Positions 47,379 to 56,500 of a stretch of DNA of 64,000 bases are shown here, one piece after another. The notes below the pieces were generated by a model that saw nothing but the letters and a program-made list of their open reading frames with translations, ran no database searches and was not told where the DNA came from. Source of the DNA: Eutreptiella sp. 'Long Island Sound 2002' (Eukaryota > Protista > Euglenida); NCBI GenBank assembly GCA_964036045.1, contig OZ038378.1, positions 17,422,001-17,486,000 on the forward strand, read 5' to 3'. Each line of letters starts with the position of its first letter. Position 1 is the first letter of the stretch. The position numbers were made by a program, and so were the translations under genes.

Positions 47379-48847
47379 GCGAACATCTCGCGGACGGCGT
47401 CGTTCAGCAGTCGGAGGCGTCCGCCTTGACGCTGCAAATAAGCAAAGGCCGTGGAATTGTCTACTAACAAATGCACTATGTCACCGGGTTGAGCGAAGGA
47501 TTGAAGAGCCAAAGCACTAGCGTGCAATTCTTTTAAATTGATGTGAATGTGCTTAGGCACGTAACGATGTGCCGTGTGCTGCGTGTGCAAATCAATAGCG
47601 CCCAATTGGGTGTCGGACGCGTCGGCGGCCAAGCGCCTATTGGAGGGCGCTCCCAACATGGGGCGCCCTTCCCAAGAGCTCAAGTGTATTTTACATAGTT
47701 TAACTTGTTCCTGCACGGTGGAAGGGACGGGTAAATGTTTGTCATAACCGTGAAAGCGACTTAGTTGAACGAACTCAACTAGCGCGTCGGTCAACAACCG
47801 TAAACCAGGAAAACACACAAGCAAGGATCTCACCTTGCCTAGAATGGAAGCGGCGGACCGCAGGGAGATGGAGGACTTGGTGAGCAATTTGCCTAACTCT
47901 TTACGATAGCCTTTCCTCTTTTTCTCGGGAATGGAAACGAGGCCTTGCTCGAAATCGACATTAATTCCTAGAAATTCTAAGTGTTGTGTTGGTGGCACAC
48001 ACTTTGGCTCATTCACCAAAAACCCAGCATCGTTCAAAGTCTGGTGAACGATGTTCCAATGCGCAATGCACTCATCGTGCGAAGATGCAACAATAAAAAG
48101 ATCATCTAAATAGCCGTACACCGTGATTCCCTGAGACCGCCAATGCTTAAGCAATACTTTCACAAAATCGGTAAAAACTTGAGGCGCCACATTGACGCCG
48201 AAGGGCATGGCTTCAAATCTAAAAATGGTGTCGTCAAAGGAAAACCCGGTGTAGCGCGCGAACTTGTCACTCAAAGGGACGTGAAAGTATGCATGCTTGA
48301 GATCTACCTTCGCCCCCCATTGTCCTTTGCGAAGGGTGGGGAACACATGTCCCCAGTGATCGATGCGAAAGTGGGAAACTGCAATTCCAGAATTGGGCCT
48401 ACGAAGGTTAGATATGAAACGAGCTTTGATGTTTTCTCCCAAACTTGTTGTTTCTTCCTTGAGAACGATGAACCATGGAAAGAAATAATCCACATCGCGC
48501 CGTGCGCAACGCCGGATGGCACCAATTTCTTCATATTCATATATCAATTTCCGTGCATGGAAATATTCAAGCGAAGTCCTATCATAGGGACAAAGTGGTG
48601 GCGCCCTAGACACACAATGAGGTAAATGTACCTGGTAAAGCAGCCCGTTGTCCAAAATATCGAGAACGCGCGGGGGGGCGTGCCTCTTCCACCACGCGCG
48701 GCGTTGGCGAAGTCGGGCGGGGATGGGGACGCCGGAGTAGTCATGAGCTACTGCTGCTTGGTGTGTTGGCTTGACTGGAGCCGGCGCCTCGGGAACTGTA
48801 ACCCGATTGGCGGTATCCTTTTCCACCTTTGCCTCGGCCTTTTCCAC
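46778..48847 (-). CDS. DIRS reverse transcriptase - RNase H - adenine methyltransferase-like (ORF2)
   Basis: RT motifs KVDLKHAYFHVPL, AMPFGVNVAPQVFT, YLDD, FLG. RNase H motifs AADAS, HINLKEL, LVDNSTA, ANPADIVSR. MT-like motifs LDLFAT and AHPPW. Confidence 0.95.
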   Translation of the reverse strand: MEKAEAKVEKDTANRVTVPEAPAPVKPTHQAAVAHDYSGVPIPARLRQRRAWWKRHAPPRVLDILDNGLLYQVHLPHCVSRAPPLCPYDRTSLEYFHARKLIYEYEEIGAIRRCARRDVDYFFPWFIVLKEETTSLGENIKARFISNLRRPNSGIAVSHFRIDHWGHVFPTLRKGQWGAKVDLKHAYFHVPLSDKFARYTGFSFDDTIFRFEAMPFGVNVAPQVFTDFVKVLLKHWRSQGITVYGYLDDLFIVASSHDECIAHWNIVHQTLNDAGFLVNEPKCVPPTQHLEFLGINVDFEQGLVSIPEKKRKGYRKELGKLLTKSSISLRSAASILGKVRSLLVCFPGLRLLTDALVEFVQLSRFHGYDKHLPVPSTVQEQVKLCKIHLSSWEGRPMLGAPSNRRLAADASDTQLGAIDLHTQHTAHRYVPKHIHINLKELHASALALQSFAQPGDIVHLLVDNSTAFAYLQRQGGRLRLLNDAVREMFAWCWARNVQVRPEWVPSAANPADIVSRRTIDVREVVLSDHVFHRITRALGTPQLDLFATPESAKCKKFACRWPTSHPHQVLTDTLQASLQGIRFAYAHPPWKIIHPFLNRLSQFPLLRVLIVVPFWRAAPWWPLLLRLFEPNCPIIFKKRCPGIFETPSRAPLPAPRWDVIFAYVSGNNCSQPTTRQQRLTNFYRNVTSL

Positions 48848-49784
48848 CGCTCCGATAATTTTGTCGGGCGTTGTTGTTGTAGCGCCCTTGGCCTTGATTG
48901 TTTTGAGGCATGTTGCGAAAGGCTGAAGAATAAGAAGAAGCCTTGTTCACCTTTTGATTGTGGGCGGCTAATGCTAAGTCCTCTTTGGAAAATAACGGAT
49001 TCTTGAAAGACATAGCGTCGGGAATGGATTTTTGTTTGCGGTATTCTTGAATACGCACAAAAAGGTCGGTAGTGGCGGCAAAAGTTCTACCAACAATTGA
49101 ATCCAAAACAATGTCGGATGGGGTTGCTTGTGGGTCAACAAGTTTGGCGTCAATTACGGCCAACATACGCAAAATGTTAAGAGTGGCATTCTCCCAACTT
49201 TTATGAACTTTATCGACGGCAACATTGCCATCGCGCCTATGATTATTGCATGCCGCATCATGCGGAAGTCCTTTAAAAAATGGAATATCCTTCAAAAGCC
49301 GTTTACGGTCTTCAAATTCCAATTGAACCTTCATGTTATCCCAAATGCTTTGAAAGCTCTCCGATAATTCCAATTCTTCAACGGCCCATGGTAACGTGGG
49401 ACCCGGGGCATCGGCACCAAGCGCATCGCACAAAGCAAAAGCTGCTTGTTTGGCGTCCCCGTCCAATACTTTTGGTAGGGAATTTAAACGCCAATGCAAC
49501 GCGAGTGCAACCAAAATAACGTCACGATACACGTCGAATCGTGTTGACAATACCCCCACCTTGGACATGTCAAATATAAGCCGGGACAAATTTCCTTGTC
49601 CATATCCGGCACCAGACCAGTTACCACCACCTTGGATGATATTATCTTGTAACCCTTCGGGGGCAATAGCTACCAAGGGAACCAGATCGTCCATAAATAA
49701 TTTCCAGGCGTGGTCCAGCGTGCCCTGGTCACCAGAAAATAAATCGGCCCAGGAGTTGAAGGGGATGGGGTTCATCACTGCCAT
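48741..49784 (-). CDS. DIRS gag-like protein (ORF1)
   Basis: First ORF of the element, with a basic RG/GK-rich C-terminus, overlapping ORF2. The track ATG at 49931 lies outside the element end, so ATG 49784 (MAVMNP) is preferred. Called from position, not from a recognised motif. Confidence 0.75.
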   Translation of the reverse strand: MAVMNPIPFNSWADLFSGDQGTLDHAWKLFMDDLVPLVAIAPEGLQDNIIQGGGNWSGAGYGQGNLSRLIFDMSKVGVLSTRFDVYRDVILVALALHWRLNSLPKVLDGDAKQAAFALCDALGADAPGPTLPWAVEELELSESFQSIWDNMKVQLEFEDRKRLLKDIPFFKGLPHDAACNNHRRDGNVAVDKVHKSWENATLNILRMLAVIDAKLVDPQATPSDIVLDSIVGRTFAATTDLFVRIQEYRKQKSIPDAMSFKNPLFSKEDLALAAHNQKVNKASSYSSAFRNMPQNNQGQGRYNNNARQNYRSGGKGRGKGGKGYRQSGYSSRGAGSSQANTPSSSSS

Positions 49785-50404
49785 TTCTTCAATAATTCCA
49801 AATAAATTTCTTCTGTGATTTGTGAGGCAGGACAAACCGCCAACTGCCGGCGACAAAAAACAGTGCCGGCGACAAGAGACACACTCCAAGCCCGTCTTGT
49901 GCTGCAGAGGCGCCTTTGGTGCATAGTGCACCCAAAATTCTGCTTAAAAACTGCCCCAATTGAGGCTTTCGGGTGCATACCGGCTGCACATTTGCAGCCA
50001 AAAATGAAAAAATTAAAACCATCAAAAACGGACGTTTCCATCGCGTTCGGCACGTTCAAAAACCTAGGTGTACCACTTTTCATAAAATTTTGTGACGAAA
50101 AATTTTTCGGCTGCTTTTTTCGGCTGCACATAGGCGGGTAGATAAAGGAATATCCGGGGCATATGACCCAGGATATCACCACTGCTGTATCCCGGGGTCA
50201 TATGCCCCGGATATCTGCCGATATCCTCGGGCCCATGCCCCGGATATAAACGCAAGGTCAGGTAAGATCTTAACCACATCTCGGGGTAGTAGGGTTGCAC
50301 GGTTCCACAAAGGCTGTGTTGGTGCTTCGCATGGCCTTGGGTTGCCTTTCATAACTTTCCTTTGCACCAAGTACCACTCGTCTTTGACATTGGTTCACTA
50401 AGGT

Positions 50405-51783
50405 GTGAAAAACCAAATCGTTCTAGTTGGAGATGTGTCTCATGCCACCTCTCCCCAAACTGCTCAAAGGTGCTTGATTGAGGCTAGTTTGACCGCATTT
50501 GAACTATTTGTGTTGGAAGAGATCAATGGTTGCAAAGACTTGGTGTTGGGCTCGGATGGAACATCAACATACTGTGGCCACGCATTCAATGAGTTTCACA
50601 TCTCGGGTAAGACGGGGACTGAGCTAATTGGGCTGCTGGATTGTGTAGGTAAAACCGCTCTAGACATGCTAACCCAATTAATTCTTGTTTGGGCAAAGGT
50701 TAAAGATGTTGAAGCCAGATTCTCCCTTCCCCGCACACCTCTCTATGCCATCACATCCCTTACCGCTGACACAACGACGGCAATGAGCGGGGAGTTTGGG
50801 GGATTCCAAGCCCTATTTGAGCAGGCGCGTTTGGGGGCATGGAGGCAAGATCGGTGCATAGGAAACTACAAGCCATCCACGTACAAACAGTGTGACGATC
50901 ACGTCACGAACCTCGTTAGAACCCTCTTTCAACCAGAAGTTGATTAAAAACTTTGAAGACAATGACCTCTCTTACTTGGTCTACGCAAAGAAAACAGGTG
51001 GCAAATTGGCGATGAACTACCATGTCACCCGGCGCTTGAGCAAACATTTTCTGACATTCAAACGTGGTGAATTCTCATCGTTGAAGAAGGAACAGGATGA
51101 AAGAGAAGGTTTGCCTCCCCATGCCATGAAGCTACAACGCACTTCTTTGAGTCGGTTTGCAACATTCGGTGTTAGCGGGCAGTGCATTCAACACTATTCC
51201 GAAGTTTTTAAACAAGTCGTTCCAAATGAGGCCGAATGGTTGCAAGATGCGAATGTTGAGTTTCTCCTTCAATTAGAGTCTGCTTACTCAAAAAACTTTG
51301 AGCTGCACAAGCAATGGGTAAACCTATACATTGAGTGTTTGCATTCGGTTTTTCATAAGCACAAGCTATGCATCCGCGCACCCACACGCATCAACCCAAC
51401 CAACTGGTTCGGCGAAACCATGTTTCGTTATACGCGTGCGCGCCTTCAGCAACAGGAGCGAACCCGTGGGTTTCTTATGGAAGCCTACATCTGAGTGCGC
51501 CTCACGCATTTCAATGATTTGCCAAATGCCGGGCCAAAACGGCCTGTCCTTCACAGCCGCAAGGATTTCTCTTGGAATTTGTGTTCTTTTCGGTATTTTT
51601 TTGATAGATCACGTGAGATCACTGGTGTGGGGGGCAGGATGGCACAGATACCCCCCAGACTGTTGGAAGAATTTTGTGAAAGGCTTTCTTCAGGAGGTGG
51701 CACTCGTGGATAGCATACCATTCACTGATATAGATAGATGGTTCAACGAAGGAAAAGAGTTTGGCGCAGCCACGAGGACGTGA
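50405..51783 (+). pseudogene. hAT-like transposase remnant, frameshifted
   Basis: LGSDGTS, LTADTTTAMSG..GG, CDDHVTNL (CxxH) and RTSLSRF resemble hAT RNase H-fold motifs. Split over ORFs 50405-50947, 50892-51494 and 51331-51783. Confidence 0.6.
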
Positions 51784-52374
51784 CATTGTATGTATGCACA
51801 TGCCCTATCCGGCATGTGTATGTGTGCGCGTGTGTGCGAGTGAGCGTGGGTATGTGTGCGCTTTGTGTCCTAAGAAAGGATTGAGCCCAGTGCAGTAGCC
51901 TGTATTAGAGTGTTGGCCCGGTCCGAAGTGACCCCAGCTACTTTATGGGAGGGTAGCGTGGGGTGTAGGGGGAGGGATAGGGTGCTGAGCTATGTGCGTG
52001 CCCCTGTGGGATCATTTTTTTTAAAGCTCCCAAGCTCAATAGATAGTGCTCAAGCACGGTGCATGGTCGTTTCTTATTAGAAATAGTACCAACAGTTTTT
52101 TGGCAACACCACGAAAGGGATGGGGAGAAATAGGTGTAGCAGCATACACAGAAAATGTGTATACTATGGCATGTGTGTGTGCGTTGAATGCAAAACATGC
52201 ACCCTATTTCAGACCCTACCATGTTCAATTGATTTTGGCTGAGGAGTTGGTGCTTGTTTGCCTGTTGGAGTAGTTGGCCAAGCAATATTACTTGGAATTT
52301 GAGTGGTTTGCACCATTGGATCCACTTATGACCACATCCAACCTTTTGGGGGTGCCACGCATGTCTTTGGACTG

Positions 52375-52910
52375 TCTTCCCCCTCCCTTTGGCACCCCTG
52401 TGTGTACTACCTGGCGCCAAATCATGTGTATGCACGTCTCCCCCCTCCCTTGGGCACCCCTGTGTGTACTACGTGGCGCCAATTCATGTCTCTCAATTGT
52501 CTCCCCCCTCCCTTTGGCACCCCTGTGTGTACTACTTGTCGCCAATTCATGTCTTTGCACTGTCTTCCCCCTCCCTTTGGCACCTCTGTGTGTACTACCT
52601 GGCGCCAAATCATGTGTATGCACGTCTCCCCCCCCCCCCCCTTGGGCACCCCTGTGTGTACTACCTGGCGCCAATTCATGTCTCTCAATTGTCTCCCCCC
52701 TCCCTTTGGCCACCCTGTGTGTACTACTTGTCGCCAATTCATGTCTTTGCACTGTCTTCCCCCTCCCTTTGGCACCCCTGTGTGTACTACCTGGCGCCAA
52801 ATCATGTGTATGCACGTCCCCCCCCCCCCTTGGGCACCCCTGTGGGTACTACCTGGCGCCAATTCATATGTATGGACGCCCCCCCCCCCTCCCTTTGGCA
52901 CCCCTTTGTT
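52375..52910. repeat. Minisatellite, about 60-bp monomers in a 3-monomer higher-order repeat
   Basis: Recurrent cccctccctttggcacccctgtgtgtactac followed by three alternating tails (ctggcgccaaatcatgtgtatgcacgt / tggcgccaattcatgtctctcaattgt / ttgtcgccaattcatgtctttgcactgt). Confidence 0.92.
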
Positions 52911-53571
52911 GCTTGGTTGCACATTTGGCCTGCAGCATGCACCTACCCCTACCTTTGCACTTTGCATGCCTTTCACTATCCCATCTAATATATTTGTTGT
53001 GCTCCACGACGGTAGATATGAGCACAGTTGTGTGGGTGGCCTGGGGGAAAGTCCACACGCTCTTGGTTTTGATGAATATGCTGAACAAGGATCCACATGT
53101 ATATTACATGTGCACGGCCCAACCCATGTTTGGGACATGCCCCGACTTTGCATCAAAGCGAGCGATAAGAGCGGTGACGCAGCCCTTCGGCTTGCCAAGC
53201 GCTTTGCAGAGTGTACAACCACTAGACCAGATGAACCTATAACAAACACACTCCGGCATGAGTTGTACACCAAACTGCACCGTAGCAGTACAACAACACC
53301 CCTTTTTGGCGTCTACAATGACGTCCTTTTCTTCTTGAGCCATAGCAAAGGTCCAGGGTTGGTGGAAGCTTTCCAAGCTGTTAGGGATAAGACAGGCTTG
53401 GAGAGGCTGTGCATGGACAGGTAAGGGTGGCATGAGGTTGTCTCGGTGAAACTTGAAAGAATCCTCCCACCAATGTAAGGGTCCTTGTTTTCTACTATTC
53501 AATGGCTCAATTTCATTGGCTGCAATGGTGAACTTGCTACCACATAAAGTCCTTGCTGCCCACCTCTGTTT

Positions 53572-56500
53572 ATGGCATTGATACTACCGGGGAAGAATGC
53601 ATCTGCTGGTGTATTTGTTGACAGCGACAAGTCATTGGACGATATACCTGTGAACGTAATCCTGCGAAATCGCAGGCACCCTTTGCCGCAACCCTCAACA
53701 CTAACCCCCCAGTTGGCCAAGCAATGCAACCCCTTAAAAGCGCTTCGTGCTTGTGAACAAGCTAGTGCAATTGTACTTAGCGATGGCGGCCCCCCAATCC
53801 ACGACGCGCCAATCGTCAAAGTCCTCCGCAAGAAGTTGCTGAAACAGGACCTTCGGGAGCACCATCACGAAATTGCACGACTGGACTCGGGCCTAGCCAG
53901 AGAATTTACTCAGTTCAAGATGTCCTTGGGCGCTGCAAAGCAACAGCAAGTCCATGCGGAGGCCTTAGTGACGCACCTGCGGCGATGCCGCAAAAAGGCT
54001 GCATGGCCTTCTATGGAAATTGCCCAGTCTCCGCAAGCGGATGGTAAAGAGCAGGCACCATATTTGTTGTGCCTCCGGACACAGCAACATGCGGCGACTA
54101 GGAAGCACTTGGTCAGCCTTTATGGAGAGGGTCGGTCCACATTGTTGGCAGCGGCGGAGGAGGCGTTTGCTAGCCTTTACCAGCAGCACATGTCCGAGTG
54201 GCAGGTCATCTGCACGAAGAAAGCGCGAGTTGCCGAGCCCCATGCTGAATTAGCACTTGCAGGAGGCAAACTACAAGTGCCGGAGGCAGTGACCAAGCGG
54301 CTGGAGCACGGACATAGCGACTGTATAATAGCCGTTGCCAACTGGGGCTCGTGGTTCGTTACCGCGTCGTTTGATGGCACTGCCCGAGTGTGGGATGAAC
54401 AAGATGGATTGAAGACAGCGCTGGCGACTGGTGTTTGTTGTCTGCTCGTGCACAGCAACCTGTTGCACACGGGTTCGGGCGACTCTACAATCAAATTGTG
54501 GGACACGTCGATGGTATTGGTTCGTACTTTGGAAGGGCACAAAGGTACCGTGTATGACTTGACTGTGTGGCAGTCCCACATCACCAGCTGCTCCAAAGAT
54601 GGGACCATCAAGACATGGAACGAGCGCGGTGCAGTGATGCAAACCCTACAGCCAGGGGATACTGCGCTTCGCTGTTTGGCTGTTCGGGAGGGGCTGCTGT
54701 ACTGCGGTGGGTACGACGGGTCGATTTATGTTTACGACGCCAGCGGGAGTATGATGAAGCGGATGGAGGGGCATGAGGGCGTTGTATTCTGCCTTTGCGT
54801 CCATGGGGGCTTGCTACTGAGCGGGTCTGGCGACAAAAGCATCCGCATGTGGGACCGCAAGTATGGAGAGGTAGGGCAGATGCAGGGGCACACCGGTGTG
54901 GTCTCCGCACTTCTAGTGCACGAGGGGACGGTGATCAGTGCGTCTCACGACAAAAGCATTCGGATGTGGAGTGCAGAAGGAGATCTGCAGAAGGAGCTGC
55001 TGGGGCACGACAGCATGGTGCTGTCGTTGTGCATTTCGCGAGGCCGCCTGATCAGTGGGTCTGCAGATGGCGTTCTTTGTGTTTGGGGAGAGACATCGGA
55101 GCATGAAAATGAACACGATTTCAAGCCTGTTCCGGATAGCGACCCACAGTACATCACTGCGACAGAAACTGGAGTCAATGCCTTTGATGCGCCCAGTATT
55201 TCCGCACAGCAGCAGGTGTCTCTGCAGCAGCTGGCCAACTTCGAATGCATGAAGCGCTCCATATTGGTGACCACTGCGGAGGAGGTGTTCGGCCGCCTAT
55301 GCACGCAGCGTGCCAAGGAATGGCAGGCTCTCCGCATGAACAGCCCTCATTGGGTGAAACAGGAGCAGGCATTCGCGCGGAAGGCAGTGGCATGGTCTGA
55401 TCTCAGGACGCGTGCCGCGCTGCTCGCTGCCGAGGAGGAGGCCTATGCCTGTTTATACACGCAGCACGTGCGAAGGTGGCAGCACGTCTGCTGGACAAGC
55501 CGTGACTGGGCCGGTCAAATGCAGGCGCTTGCCCAGCAAGAAATGGTGGATTTGGAGGTCAAGGATCGGTCGATGCTGGAGGCTGCGGCAGACGAGGCAT
55601 TTGCGAGGCTACAGAAGCAGCGCCGGCACGAGTCGTGGGGCATATGCATGAGGCAGGCGCAGGCTGCGGTGCCTCAAGATGGCGTGCTGCCCTGCAAACA
55701 GTTGGAGCATGGACACACAGACTGGGTGGTGGCCGTCGCTAGTTGGGGGTCGTTCTTTGTTACGGCGTCGTTCGATGGAACGACGCGAGTGTGGGACGAA
55801 AACGATGAACTGAAAGCTGTGCGAACAAGTCATAAGAACGGTGTATTCTGTCTGCTGGTGCACAACAATGTGCTCTACACCGGATCTGGTGACTCGACGA
55901 TTGGCCTATGGGATGGATCGCTCGCTTTCCTGAGAACCTTGGAAGGCCACGACGATGCCGTGTATGGCTTGACGGTGTGGCAGTCCCACATCACCAGCTG
56001 CTCCAAAGATGGGACCATCAAGACATGGAACGAGCGCGGTGCAGTGATGCAAACCCTACAGCCAGGGGACACATCATTGTACTGTTTGGCTGTTCGGGAG
56101 GGGCTGCTGTACTGCGGTGGGTACGACGGGTCGATTTATGTTTACGACGCCAGCGGGAGTATGATGAAGCGGATGGAGGGGCATGAGGGCGTTGTATTCT
56201 GCCTTTGCGTCCATGGGGACTTGCTACTGAGCGGGTCTGGCGACAAAAGCATCCGCATGTGGGACGGCGATCACAAAGAGGTAGGGCAGATGCAGGGGCA
56301 CACTGGTGTGGTCTCCGCACTTCTAGTGCACGAGGGGACGATGATCAGTGCGTCTTACGACAGTAACATCTTTTTATCGACGACAGATGGCAAGCTGAAG
56401 CATGTCCTGCGCGGGCACGACAGCATGGTGCTGTCTTTAGCCATCTCTCGCGGCCGCCTGATCAGTGGGTCTGCAGACAGCACGTTGTGTGTTTGGGCAG

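Larger units (their letters stand above)
45492..49917 (-). mobile_element. DIRS1-type tyrosine-recombinase retrotransposon, apparently full length
   Basis: Inverted terminal repeats (45541-45606 vs 49840-49905, about 61 of 66 identical). The internal complementary region 45828-45932 reproduces the junction of the two ends. Three overlapping intact ORFs. No TSD. Confidence 0.95.
41542..50297 (-). mobile_element. piggyBac-like DNA transposon (about 4.3 kb) interrupted by a DIRS element
   Basis: Terminal inverted CAACCCTA/TAGGGTTG and a perfect asymmetric internal 18-bp inverted repeat (41622-41639 vs 50137-50154). It also has a DDD transposase ORF and TGCAGCC clusters. There is no TTAA TSD. 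Confidence 0.75.

Noticed and set aside
49785-49931. N-terminal extension of the DIRS gag ORF from ATG 49931
   Set aside because: That ATG lies outside the ICR-defined element end (49917), and the extension merely translates the terminal repeat.
52274-52988. Cys/Pro-rich repeat ORFs
   Set aside because: They arise from a minisatellite open in several frames on both strands, with variable C-run lengths.
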